Shown: in pieces, positions 32,679-42,128 of the stretch
How positions within the stretch are numbered: the first letter of the stretch is position 1
Layout of the letters: every line of letters begins with the position of its first letter
Assembly: GCA_964593805.1 (NCBI GenBank)
Contig: CAZQHP010000001.1
Span: forward strand, 389,283-453,282
Direction of reading: 5' to 3'
DNA: 64,000 nucleotides
Source: an uncultured Candidatus Saccharibacteria bacterium
Lineage (GTDB): Bacteria > Patescibacteriota > Saccharimonadia > Saccharimonadales > JBBQAJ01
Notes under the pieces: generated by a model
The model's database searches: none
Told to the model about the DNA's origin: nothing
The model's input: the letters and a program-made list of their open reading frames with translations, nothing else
Translations under genes and position numbers: made by a program

Positions 32679-33266
32679 ATGAAAAAAATTGTTCCCGATG
32701 ACGCCGTATTAATACCCGACAAAGCGCAGCAAGTTTTTTCAGGCCAGATTTTTGATGTTTATCAGTGGCCACAAGAGATGTTTGATGGCAGCCAAGCGAC
32801 GTTTGAGATGCTAAAACGACCCGATACCGTAACCGTAATTGGTGTGGCGGACGATAAAATTATCGTGATTGACGACGAACAGCCTCATAGTGGTTTGCGC
32901 AAAAGTTTCCCCGGCGGCCGAGTAGATGAGGGCGAAGCAACTTTACCTGCGGCAAAAAGAGAAGTGTTGGAAGAAACGGGTTATGAATTTCAGGACTGGA
33001 AGCTTGTCAGGGTTTGGCAGCCACACCCTAAGCTAGAGTGGTTTATTTATCTTTACATAGCTCAGAATGGACAAAAAATTAGTGAACCACATGTTGACGC
33101 TGGTGAAAAGATAGACGTTGAGCTACTGGATTTCAACACCGTTAAAAATCTGAGTATCACTAAGTCGGGTTATTTGGGCGAAAGCAAAGAAATCTTTGAA
33201 GATATAGAAAACCTGAACGAGCTGGTGTCATTGTCAGAATTCCGTGGACGAGAAGTCGATAGATAA
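32679..33266 (+). CDS. NUDIX hydrolase
   Basis: 195 aa. The Nudix box is GGRVDEGEATLPAAKREVLEETGY. Confidence 0.8.
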   Translation: MKKIVPDDAVLIPDKAQQVFSGQIFDVYQWPQEMFDGSQATFEMLKRPDTVTVIGVADDKIIVIDDEQPHSGLRKSFPGGRVDEGEATLPAAKREVLEETGYEFQDWKLVRVWQPHPKLEWFIYLYIAQNGQKISEPHVDAGEKIDVELLDFNTVKNLSITKSGYLGESKEIFEDIENLNELVSLSEFRGREVDR

Positions 33267-33338
33267 ATATTGCACTTCTGTAGGCCACCTCGTACAATAG
33301 CTCCTGAATATGCTAATGCTAAAAGAGTGGGATAAAAC

Positions 33339-34379
33339 ATGAAAACACGAGTGGCGATTAATGGTTTTGGGCGGATTGGGCGCAATGCGTTCAAGGTGGC
33401 GTTTGACAGAACGGATTGCGAAATTGTGGCCATAAACGACCTGACAGACACCAAGACACTCGCTCATTTGCTCAAACATGACAGCAATTACGGGGCTTAT
33501 GAACACGAAGTTGGTTTTGATGAAACCAGCATAATTGTCAAAGGCAAACACATCAAAGTATTGGCAGAAAAAGACCCCGCCGCATTGCCGTGGGCTGAAC
33601 TGAAGATTGACGTAGTTATAGAATCAACCGGATTTTTTGTGGATCCGGCCAAGGCGAAGGCGCACATTACTGCCGGAGCGCATAAAGTCGTCATCAGCGC
33701 TCCAGCCAAAGGCGAAGGCGCGACTACGGTTGTGCTGGGGGTCAACGAAGATGCCCTGGATGAGTCGGAAGACGTCGTCAGTAACGCGTCATGCACCACC
33801 AACTGCATTACGCCCGTTGCGGCCGTGATTGAAAGCCATTTTGGAATAGAAAAAGCCATGATGACCACCATCCACAGTTATACCGCCAGCCAGAAGCTGC
33901 AGGACGCGCCTGCCAAAGATTTGCGCGAAGCCCGCAATGCGGCCGAAAACATCGTACCCACAACCACTGGCGCGTCTATTGCCGCCGCCCAGGCATTGCC
34001 GGCTCTGCAAGGCATATTTGGCGGCTTGAGCGTGCGCGTGCCCACGCCCGTGGTTTCGCTGAGCGATTTTGTCATCATCACCAAGAAAAACGTCACCGTA
34101 GACGAAGTAAATGACGCTTTCCGAAAAGCAGCCAAAGAGCCGTTTTATCAGGGAATTCTGGCCGTTACGGACGAGGAACTGGTTAGCAGCGACTTCATAG
34201 GCAACAGCCACTCGGCAATCGTGGACACGCACCTAACGGCCGTGGTGGATGGAAACATGCTCAAAGTAGTGGCCTGGTACGACAACGAATGGGGCTACAG
34301 CAACCGTTTGGTAGAAGTGGTTGCAGACCTGGGCCGGATTTTGCACGGAAAAGTTGACCACACCGCCCACCACGACTGA
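33339..34379 (+). CDS. gap: Glyceraldehyde-3-phosphate dehydrogenase
   Basis: 346 aa. VAINGFGRIGRN, the catalytic SNASCTTNC and the WYDNEWGYSNR tail. Confidence 0.95.
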   Translation: MKTRVAINGFGRIGRNAFKVAFDRTDCEIVAINDLTDTKTLAHLLKHDSNYGAYEHEVGFDETSIIVKGKHIKVLAEKDPAALPWAELKIDVVIESTGFFVDPAKAKAHITAGAHKVVISAPAKGEGATTVVLGVNEDALDESEDVVSNASCTTNCITPVAAVIESHFGIEKAMMTTIHSYTASQKLQDAPAKDLREARNAAENIVPTTTGASIAAAQALPALQGIFGGLSVRVPTPVVSLSDFVIITKKNVTVDEVNDAFRKAAKEPFYQGILAVTDEELVSSDFIGNSHSAIVDTHLTAVVDGNMLKVVAWYDNEWGYSNRLVEVVADLGRILHGKVDHTAHHD

Positions 34380-34400
34380 GGCGTGTGATAAAGTTAGTGT

Positions 34401-34895
34401 ATGAAAATTGCCCTAAGTACTGACCACGCGGGTTTTGAAGCACTAAAGACACTTAAAGACTTCTTAGTATCGAAGGGCCATGAAGTTTTAGATTTTGGTC
34501 CAAAAGCGTTTGAGCCTGATGACGACTATCCAGACCTAATATTACCGGCAGCCAGAGCTGTTGCGAGTGGTGAGGCCGAAAGAGGAATTATTATGGGCAG
34601 CAGCGGTCAAGGCGAAGCCATGATAGCCAACCGGGTAAAGGGAGTTCGCTGCGCGCTGTACTATGGTCCGGCAACACCGCCAGGAGCTGTTGATGTTGAC
34701 GGCAAAGCTGCCGAAGATGAGTTTGAAATCCTGCGCCTCAGCCGGGAGCACAACAATGCCAACATGCTCAGCCTAGCCGCCCGATTTTTAAGCCCTGCGG
34801 ACATAGAAAACGCTGTTTCGATTTGGCTTGATGCGCCATTTGCGGGCGTAGAACGTCATGCTCGCCGTATCAAAAAACTTGACGAGTTGAGTTAA
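34401..34895 (+). CDS. rpiB: Ribose-5-phosphate isomerase B (RpiB/LacAB family)
   Basis: 164 aa. MKIALSTDHAGFE, GIIMGSSGQGEAMIANR and REHNNANMLSL. Confidence 0.8.
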   Translation: MKIALSTDHAGFEALKTLKDFLVSKGHEVLDFGPKAFEPDDDYPDLILPAARAVASGEAERGIIMGSSGQGEAMIANRVKGVRCALYYGPATPPGAVDVDGKAAEDEFEILRLSREHNNANMLSLAARFLSPADIENAVSIWLDAPFAGVERHARRIKKLDELS

Positions 34896-35524
34896 TGGCT
34901 ATCATCTGTCCCACAGTCACGGCTTTTGACGCGCATGCCTACCGGGAGCAAATGGAACGGGTCGCGCCATTTGCGACACGCGTCCATATAGACCTGATGG
35001 ACGGAGAGTTTGCGCCTACAAAATCGCCTGATCTTGCGCAGATTTGGTGGCCGCATTACGTTCACGCCGACATACACCTCATGTACCAAAAGCCAATGGA
35101 TTACCTAGGCCAGCTCATAAAACTCAACCCGCGCATGGTAATCATCCATAGCGAAGCCGACGTGGATCATATGCGTTTTGCGGAGGAGCTGCACAAAGAA
35201 AACATTTTGGCAGGACTTGCTATCCTGCAAGATACGACTACCGAGAAAATCTATGAAATTGTGCACAGCTTTGACCAGATACTGGTCTTTAGCGGCAGCC
35301 TAGGCCGTCATGGCGGCGTAGCCAACCTAGACTTGCTGGCTAAAGTCCAAAAAATAAAAGAGCATTATCCAGACGCGGAAATTGCCTGGGACGGCGGCAT
35401 CAGCGACCAAAATGCCAAGCAACTGGTAGAAGGCGGCGTGGATGTGCTGAATGCGGGCGGATTTATCCAGAAATCCGAAAACCCCAAAAGTGCTTATGAT
35501 AAACTGTTATCAGTAATTACTTAA
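34895..35524 (+). CDS. rpe: Ribulose-phosphate 3-epimerase-like protein (divergent)
   Basis: 209 aa. VHIDLMDGEFAP, IIHSEA and WDGGIS blocks on a TIM-barrel-sized protein. The start overlaps the rpiB stop (TAATG). Confidence 0.65.
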   Translation: MAIICPTVTAFDAHAYREQMERVAPFATRVHIDLMDGEFAPTKSPDLAQIWWPHYVHADIHLMYQKPMDYLGQLIKLNPRMVIIHSEADVDHMRFAEELHKENILAGLAILQDTTTEKIYEIVHSFDQILVFSGSLGRHGGVANLDLLAKVQKIKEHYPDAEIAWDGGISDQNAKQLVEGGVDVLNAGGFIQKSENPKSAYDKLLSVIT

Positions 35525-35535
35525 GAAGTAGGGGC

Positions 35536-36399
35536 ATGGGCAAAAAACTGACGATTGAAGAGCTTGAGCTCAAAGCTAATGCCATTCGCGAAGACATCAT
35601 TCGCATGCTTGAGCATGCCGGCAGCGGGCATAGTGCCGGGCCGCTTGGTTTAGCTGACGTTTTTACAGCGCTTTATTTCGACATAATGAAACACGATCCC
35701 AAAAAACCAGATTGGGACGAGCGAGATATATTTCTGCTCAGCAACGGCCACTGCGTGCCGGTGCAGTATGCCACCATGGCTCACGCCGGCTATTTTGACC
35801 GCCAAGAACTCATAACATTACGCCAGTTTGGCTCGCGTTTGCAAGGCCACCCTGAGCGCACCAAATTACCCGGTCTGGAAACAACCAGCGGTCCGCTCGG
35901 TTGTGGGTTGAGCCAGGCCTGCGGTATGGCGCTGGCGATGCGCATGAACAAAGATATGCACCGCTGGGTATACGTAGTCATGGGCGACGGCGAACAAGAC
36001 GAAGGCAACGTCTGGGAAGCCGCCATGCTGGCTAGCAAATATAAACTCAGCAACATAATTGCTATCACCGACCGCAACAACATCCAAATCGACGGCCCTA
36101 CAGAAACAGTTATGCCGCTAGAAGACTTTAAGTCTAAATGGGAAGCCTTTGGCTGGCACGTTATAGAAATTGACGGCAATAACATGGAAGCCATAATCGA
36201 TGCTTGTGCTATGGGCAAGGCAATTGTAGAAAAGCCGGTAATGATAATTGCCCACACGGTTCCGGGCAAGGGCGTGGACTTTATGGAATATGACTTTCAC
36301 TGGCACGGTGTTCCGCCAAATCATGAGCAAGCAGTCAAGGCGTTGCACGAACTTAGAACACTTGGCGGCAAAATCAGGAGCGAACATGAGCAAGACTAG
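35536..36399 (+). CDS. Transketolase, N-terminal (PP-binding) subunit
   Basis: 287 aa. GSGHSAGPLGLADV, SNGHCVP and VVMGDGEQDEGNVWEA (TPP motif). Confidence 0.9.
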   Translation: MGKKLTIEELELKANAIREDIIRMLEHAGSGHSAGPLGLADVFTALYFDIMKHDPKKPDWDERDIFLLSNGHCVPVQYATMAHAGYFDRQELITLRQFGSRLQGHPERTKLPGLETTSGPLGCGLSQACGMALAMRMNKDMHRWVYVVMGDGEQDEGNVWEAAMLASKYKLSNIIAITDRNNIQIDGPTETVMPLEDFKSKWEAFGWHVIEIDGNNMEAIIDACAMGKAIVEKPVMIIAHTVPGKGVDFMEYDFHWHGVPPNHEQAVKALHELRTLGGKIRSEHEQD

Positions 36400-36532
36400 A
36401 AACAAATACTCACAGAAAACCTGGCTCGTATCGTTTGTTGTTGCTTTCGTTGCCATCGGGCTAATAATTTTTGGTTTTTTATATTTTCAAGCCCTTGTTC
36501 TACAAGACACCTTTAAGGACATAACTTTTTAG
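36386..36532 (+). CDS. Candidate 48-aa single-pass membrane micro-protein between the transketolase subunit genes
   Basis: This is an internal ATG of ORF-track entry 36248-36532. It overlaps the tktN end by 14 nt, and its stop lies 3 nt before the tktC ATG. Translation: MSKTRNKYSQKTWLVSFVVAFVAIGLIIFGFLYFQALVLQDTFKDITF. Confidence 0.4.
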   Translation: MSKTRNKYSQKTWLVSFVVAFVAIGLIIFGFLYFQALVLQDTFKDITF

Positions 36533-36535
36533 ATT

Positions 36536-37516
36536 ATGATTAATTTGCATCTCGTAGCAGAAATACTTGCCAAAGACATTGCCAAAGAGCCGATTCGCAA
36601 AGGCTTTGGCAAAGGATTGTTGGAAGCTGGCAAAAGAGACGAGCAAGTCGTGGCTGCCTGCGCTGATTTGACCGGCTCAACCAACATGAATCTGTTTGCC
36701 GAAGCCTTTCCCGAACGGTTTGTGCAGGTTGGCGTGGCCGAACAAAACCTGGTAACCATGGCTTCCGGCATGGCGGCAATGGGCAAAATACCTTTCGTCA
36801 GCAGCTACGCGGCCTTCAGCCCGGGACGCAACTGGGAACAGATCCGCACAACAATTTGCATTAATGACCGACCGGTTAAAATAATTGGTTCGCACGCTGG
36901 CGTTTCGGTTGGACCGGACGGCGCGACGCACCAAATGCTAGAAGATGTTGCGCTTATGCGCAGTCTGCCAAACATGGTGGTGATTGCCCCGGGCGATTCA
37001 GTAGAGGCCGCCAAAGCCACGCTTGCTATGGCAGCAGATAGCCGCCCAACTTACATGCGGCTGGCCCGCGAAGAGACGCCGATTATTACCACCGCCGGTA
37101 CGCCGTTTGAAATTGGCAAAGCCTATGTATTCGAACCCGGCACAGATGTGACCATCATCGCCACCGGCACCATGACATATCAGGCGCTGGTTGCGGCCGA
37201 GCGGCTGTTTAAAACCGGCATAGACGCGGAAGTAATCCACTGCCCAACCATCAAACCGCTTGACAGTGAAACCATTCTAAAAAGCGTGCGCAAAACCGGA
37301 GCGGTCGTAACCGCCGAAGAGGGTCAGATTATTGGCGGGCTTGGAGGCGCAGTCTCTGAACTTCTAAGCGAGCAACTGCCGGTGTATGTCAGCAGGGTAG
37401 GCATGAAAGACCGATTTGGCGAATCGGGCAAGCCAGACGAATTGCTGGAACACTTCGGTTTGACCGCCAAACACATTATGATGGCCGCGCATAGCGTGGT
37501 GGATAAAAAGAAATAA
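36536..37516 (+). CDS. Transketolase, C-terminal (Pyr-binding) subunit
   Basis: 326 aa. FVQVGVAEQNLVTMASGMA, GPDGATHQMLEDVALMR and PTIKPLD. Confidence 0.9.
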   Translation: MINLHLVAEILAKDIAKEPIRKGFGKGLLEAGKRDEQVVAACADLTGSTNMNLFAEAFPERFVQVGVAEQNLVTMASGMAAMGKIPFVSSYAAFSPGRNWEQIRTTICINDRPVKIIGSHAGVSVGPDGATHQMLEDVALMRSLPNMVVIAPGDSVEAAKATLAMAADSRPTYMRLAREETPIITTAGTPFEIGKAYVFEPGTDVTIIATGTMTYQALVAAERLFKTGIDAEVIHCPTIKPLDSETILKSVRKTGAVVTAEEGQIIGGLGGAVSELLSEQLPVYVSRVGMKDRFGESGKPDELLEHFGLTAKHIMMAAHSVVDKKK

Positions 37517-37526
37517 GGAAAACAAT

Positions 37527-38441
37527 ATGCCCCTAACGCTAGAACAAATCAGGGAAAATTGCCGGCTGGCTCGAAAGGCCATGGATAGGGCCCGCAGCCA
37601 GCATTTTGCAATCGGAGCGTTCAACATAGACAACCAAGAAACCTTGGTTGCTGTCGCCAGAGCTGCCGGCAAAAAGAAAGCGCCCGTCATGGTAGAAGTC
37701 AGCCGGGGCGAAGTCGATGCCCTGGGACTCGAGAACGTCCGAGACATGGTTGATAATTATAAACAACAGTACGGCATTGAAATCTACATAAACCTGGACC
37801 ATAGTCCAACAGTCGCCGGCGCGATAGCTGGTATTGAGGCCGGTTTTGAGTTCGTCCACATTGACATCAGCCAAGCGCGTCCAGGCGCGTCCTTAGACGA
37901 AATCATTACCGAAACCAGACAGGTTGTAGATTACGCCCGCCTAACGGGCGCATTAGTAGAAAGTGAGCCGCACTATTTTGGCGGCAGCAGCAATCTGCAC
38001 ACCGAAAAGATTGATTATGATGAAATACGCAAAACTTTTAGCACGCCTGAAGCCACGCAGTCTTTCGTAGAAGCAACTGGGATTGATACGTTTGCCGCCG
38101 CCGTAGGTAATTTGCATGGCAAGTATCCTGTGCCTAAAAAACTTGACTTGAAACTACTAAAGGAAATTCGTAATGCGGTTGACTGCAACATTTCGCTGCA
38201 CGGCGGCAGCGGTACGCCAGGTCACTATTTTGTTGAGGCGGTGAAAATCGGCGTGAGCAAAATCAATATCAATTCAGATATGCGGGTAGCCTATCGCCGT
38301 ACCCTAGAACAAGTACTCGACGATAACCCCACCGAATACGCGGTGGTAAAACTCATGGACAACGTGATTGATGCGGTTCAAGCAGTCGTAGAAGAAAAAA
38401 TTGATATGTTTAATGCGAGCGGCAAGGCCATGATAGACTAA
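37527..38441 (+). CDS. fba: Class II fructose-bisphosphate aldolase
   Basis: 304 aa. AIGAFNIDN, NLDHS, AAAVGNLHG and ISLHGGSG. Confidence 0.85.
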   Translation: MPLTLEQIRENCRLARKAMDRARSQHFAIGAFNIDNQETLVAVARAAGKKKAPVMVEVSRGEVDALGLENVRDMVDNYKQQYGIEIYINLDHSPTVAGAIAGIEAGFEFVHIDISQARPGASLDEIITETRQVVDYARLTGALVESEPHYFGGSSNLHTEKIDYDEIRKTFSTPEATQSFVEATGIDTFAAAVGNLHGKYPVPKKLDLKLLKEIRNAVDCNISLHGGSGTPGHYFVEAVKIGVSKININSDMRVAYRRTLEQVLDDNPTEYAVVKLMDNVIDAVQAVVEEKIDMFNASGKAMID

Positions 38442-38463
38442 ACATAAGCATGGGTGGAACAAA

Positions 38464-39465
38464 ATGAGTGAAATTGAAGTACTAGCTATAGGGGACGTAG
38501 TAACTGATGCGTTCATAAAGCTACTCGACGACCGGGCTAGTACGTTCGAAAATGAACATGGCAAATTTTTGGCCATGCCGTTCGGCATGAAAGTGCCCTT
38601 TGACTACGCAGAAGTGGTGGAAGCTGTCGGCAACGCGGCCAACGCGGCTGTCAGTTTTGCCAAACTTGGCATAAGTAGCGGCTTGATATCTAACGTTGGC
38701 GGCGACTCGCACGGGCGCGACATCCTGAAGTCGCTCCATGACAAAAAAGTAGATAGCCGCTTTGTCATAATCAACCCGAACAAGCGAACTAACTACCATT
38801 ACGTGCTGTGGTACAAAGAAGAACGTACTATTTTAATCAAGCACGAAGAGTACGATTACCATTGGCCGCGGTTTCGCGCTATTGACATACCAAAATGGGT
38901 GTACTTTAGTTCGATTAGTAAAAATGCCCTGGAGCATTATCACGATCTGGTATCTGACTGGCTGGAAGAAAATCCTGAAGTCAAACTGGCTTTTCAGCCG
39001 GGTACTTATCAATTGGAGGCTGGCGTGGAGCGGCTCAAGCAGCTATACAAGCGCACCGAGGTGCTAGTATTTAACCGCGAAGAGGCCGTAAAAGTAACTG
39101 GCGGGGATTATGACAATGTTCACGAGCTGCTGGACAAACTGCACGGCTACGGGCCAAAAATTGTCTGCATAACGGACGGCCCCGCGGGGGCGTACGCCTC
39201 TGATGGCACTATGCGCCTAAAGATGCCGCCGTACCCCGATCCGGCGCCGCCTTTTGAACGTACCGGCGCCGGCGATGCTTTTGCCAGCACGTTCGTAGCC
39301 GCCCTAATCCAGGGCAACAATATTGAAGGAGCATTGCAATGGGCGCCGATTAATTCCATGAACGTCGTCCAGCACATGGGCGCACAAGCAGGCCTGTTAT
39401 CCGAGTCCGAAATAGAGGAACTGCTCAAAAAAGCCCCCGAATGGTACAAACCCGAAAAATTCTAA
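38464..39465 (+). CDS. PfkB-family carbohydrate kinase
   Basis: 333 aa. The N-terminal GDVVTDAF, a diglycine region, and the C-terminal TGAGDAFASTFVAAL (PfkB signature 2). Confidence 0.8.
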   Translation: MSEIEVLAIGDVVTDAFIKLLDDRASTFENEHGKFLAMPFGMKVPFDYAEVVEAVGNAANAAVSFAKLGISSGLISNVGGDSHGRDILKSLHDKKVDSRFVIINPNKRTNYHYVLWYKEERTILIKHEEYDYHWPRFRAIDIPKWVYFSSISKNALEHYHDLVSDWLEENPEVKLAFQPGTYQLEAGVERLKQLYKRTEVLVFNREEAVKVTGGDYDNVHELLDKLHGYGPKIVCITDGPAGAYASDGTMRLKMPPYPDPAPPFERTGAGDAFASTFVAALIQGNNIEGALQWAPINSMNVVQHMGAQAGLLSESEIEELLKKAPEWYKPEKF

Positions 39466-40145
39466 TTTTTATGGTTGGCGGCCGATAGTTGCTCTACGTT
39501 TCGCGTAAAGGCACGTTCGCCCAGCAGTCCGCTCACGGTTCCTAAAGTTGTAAGCGCTAAACCAGCCAAACGCACTTCTCGACGTCTTGACAGCGGGCTT
39601 ACAAGTGCCAATTTACCGCCTACTTGCAGTATCATCTTGACCTTATTCAACCTGTTCGCTTTCAGGGCGTCAGCGTCCAGCCCTTCGTCTTTTATTCTTT
39701 CGCGAAGCGCATCCATCCTGCTATCGCGCATGCGTGAAACAATCCCGTTTGCTGCCAGAATGGTAGTGCTCGTAATGTCTCCGTTTCGCAAATAACGCAC
39801 CGCCAAACCGGCGAACATGGCCTGTGTAAGTTTATGATCAGCGCGAGGGTCGTCTTCGGCGCCAGTCGTCTGTTTATGATAGCCCCGGATAGCATCGGCT
39901 TTTCGGACGGGTATGCCCTCCATATCCGTTGCGACCACCGCGGCCGTCAAAGCAAATACTGGCCAATTTTCAGAAGTAGTGGCAATTGTAGCTCCAACAA
40001 ATGGGGCCGCGTTTTCTCTAAAGTGCGTTAGCCTATCTGCAAAATCCTGCAAGCGATCAGCTTTGACTTCTGCTAGGTATTGTTTTGATTCTGCTACTGA
40101 CATCTGTGTCACTCTAGCTATGCCTACTGAAAATTGCAAGCACAA
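39462..40145 (-). CDS. Hypothetical membrane protein with a degenerate CDP-alcohol phosphatidyltransferase-like motif
   Basis: 227 aa; the start may be the ATG at 40103 (MSVAESKQ). TDMEGIPVRKADAIRGYHKQTTGAEDDPRADH loosely fits DxxDGxxAR...GxxxDxxxD, with E in place of the second D. Several hydrophobic segments. Weak call. Confidence 0.3.
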   Translation of the reverse strand: MCLQFSVGIARVTQMSVAESKQYLAEVKADRLQDFADRLTHFRENAAPFVGATIATTSENWPVFALTAAVVATDMEGIPVRKADAIRGYHKQTTGAEDDPRADHKLTQAMFAGLAVRYLRNGDITSTTILAANGIVSRMRDSRMDALRERIKDEGLDADALKANRLNKVKMILQVGGKLALVSPLSRRREVRLAGLALTTLGTVSGLLGERAFTRNVEQLSAANHKN

Positions 40146-40171
40146 GCTTTACCAGAGAACTCACTAGTGTT

Positions 40172-41461
40172 ATGCTTATGGTAGAAATAAGGATAACCAA
40201 AAAAGTGTGTAAACTAGTTGCCGAGCTGGTGGGTGCAGATAAACAAGTCGTTCGCGAGATGTTTGCGCGGCTTGAGCTGCAATCGGGCAACCCAGATGTT
40301 GATTTACGACTAACTGGGGAGATTTACGGCAAACTCCATATGAAAATGCGCGCCTTGGGTCTGGACCCTGGCGACACGACCCCGCGAGAGCTCTATCAGG
40401 CGCTTGTGAACCTTGCGGCTCGCCATGACCTGTTTCTTGCCACCCGGCTGGGCATAGACCATCCTCAAGATGCCAAAGAAGTTGCCGGCGCTGTTGTCAA
40501 ACTTGTAGGGCGCATGCGTTTGCCCAAACACTCCTGGGCGCTGAAACCGAGCGCCGCGCGGCGTTTGCTCAAGGCGACCCCCCCAAAAGGTCTGATGAAG
40601 CTGCTGCATTACCGGTCGCTAGATTCAATGCTCAAGCGCGAATCAGCCACCACGCTTCTGGCGGTCGCGCGCCATAGCGAACCTGCGCAGTGGCAAGAAC
40701 GTTTTGTGCATACTTATAAAAAACTGCAAGCTAATGACTTTGAAGTTCGGGACATTGAAGTGGCTTTTTTGTCAGAAAAACGCTGGGAAGCGGTGGGGCG
40801 CATATTTGGCGGTACTAAGCACAACAACATCGTCCACACCCCCGAAGCCGGCGCGATTGTTTTGCTGCCCGTGCAGGTCGAAAACCGCCAAGGGCTGACT
40901 TTGACCAGCCTATTGCTCACGCTCCACTACATCAATGAAATCAGGGCGTTTAGCACCTATGGCAAGTTTGTACACATGCGCCCGGATTTTGGCAGCTTGC
41001 TGGTAGAGCACCTGTTGCACCAAAAGCAAGATCACGTGTCTGTGGCAGGGCAGCCAGTCCATTGGCGGATTGTCCATAGATACTACGGTACGACCGACCG
41101 CGTTAACCATCCGGAAATTTTTGAACCGCATGTCCAGCCGGAAGATTTGGCTTATCGCAAAGCCGAAGCGGTTCTATATCATTTGGAGCCCGCGCTTCAT
41201 TTTTGGCACGACACAGACTATGTTGGGCTGCCCAGGACAGATGGCCCCATCAGCTTTAGCCTGACCGACGCGGCCATGAACTTGGTCAACGGCCTGCCGT
41301 ACGAAAAGCGCGCGTACTACCATATGCAAGACGCCCTATGGAACGAAGTCTATAGCCGCTACGTTGGCCAGCGTAATTTTGAAAAGCAAATTCTTCAGCA
41401 ATTGGACGAACACGCTGTACTGGAAACCCAGCCCGTGCAGGACATGGAATTCGTATGGTAA
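40172..41461 (+). CDS. Hypothetical protein (429 aa), no family recognised
   Basis: ORF track. The stop overlaps the start of the next gene (ATGGTAA at 41455-41461). His-rich C-terminal half (HWRIVHRYY, HPEIFEPH, HFWHDTDY). Confidence 0.55.
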   Translation: MLMVEIRITKKVCKLVAELVGADKQVVREMFARLELQSGNPDVDLRLTGEIYGKLHMKMRALGLDPGDTTPRELYQALVNLAARHDLFLATRLGIDHPQDAKEVAGAVVKLVGRMRLPKHSWALKPSAARRLLKATPPKGLMKLLHYRSLDSMLKRESATTLLAVARHSEPAQWQERFVHTYKKLQANDFEVRDIEVAFLSEKRWEAVGRIFGGTKHNNIVHTPEAGAIVLLPVQVENRQGLTLTSLLLTLHYINEIRAFSTYGKFVHMRPDFGSLLVEHLLHQKQDHVSVAGQPVHWRIVHRYYGTTDRVNHPEIFEPHVQPEDLAYRKAEAVLYHLEPALHFWHDTDYVGLPRTDGPISFSLTDAAMNLVNGLPYEKRAYYHMQDALWNEVYSRYVGQRNFEKQILQQLDEHAVLETQPVQDMEFVW

Positions 41462-42078
41462 AAAAAGGGATACCGCTGCAATACTCAATTTGTGTTTCAG
41501 GAGCCGCCAGCGGATCTACCGTGGAAGAAAATGAGCGGCTGGCAATGCGCCTGGGCGCGGCAATCGCTAAACGCGGCCACGTAACTACTACCGGCGCCAC
41601 TGTGGGGTTGCCATTTTTTGCCGCCAAGGGCGCTCAGGAGGCAGGCGGAGTGAGTGTTGGCTTTTCGCCCGCCGCTAACGTACGCGAGCATATGCGCAAA
41701 TACCGCTTGCCGCGCGAACACTTTGATTTTATCAACTACACCGGCATGCAGTATGTTGGACGAGACTTTCAGTTGATTCAGTCGGCTGACGCGGTGGTGA
41801 CAATAGGCGGGCGTTTCGGCAGTTTGCACGAGTTCGTGACCGCGCTAGAGGCTCACAAACCGTGCGGTATTTTGACAAATAGCGAGGGTGCCGCCGACAT
41901 TATCCCGGAACTCATGAAGGTGCTGGAACCGCCGCGCGAACACCTGGTTATTTACGATGAAAACCCCGAAAATCTAATTGAACGCATTGTAAGCGTGCTG
42001 GACGAAGAATACGCCGATGTACTCAAACAGTTAAAGCACGACGAACACTGGTTTTTGAAAGGCGAGCATAAAGGCTAG
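41455..42078 (+). CDS. TIGR00725/LOG-like (SLOG Rossmann) protein
   Basis: 207 aa. [37 protein letters not shown] and [19 protein letters not shown] match the GGxxGxM...GG..IG..P and GGxGTxxE pattern of the LOG/TIGR00725 family. Confidence 0.65.
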   Translation: MVKKGIPLQYSICVSGAASGSTVEENERLAMRLGAAIAKRGHVTTTGATVGLPFFAAKGAQEAGGVSVGFSPAANVREHMRKYRLPREHFDFINYTGMQYVGRDFQLIQSADAVVTIGGRFGSLHEFVTALEAHKPCGILTNSEGAADIIPELMKVLEPPREHLVIYDENPENLIERIVSVLDEEYADVLKQLKHDEHWFLKGEHKG

Positions 42079-42128
42079 AGAACTCGCCCAGCCAACAGCG
42101 GTTGCGGAATAGTTGGTACAATAGACAG

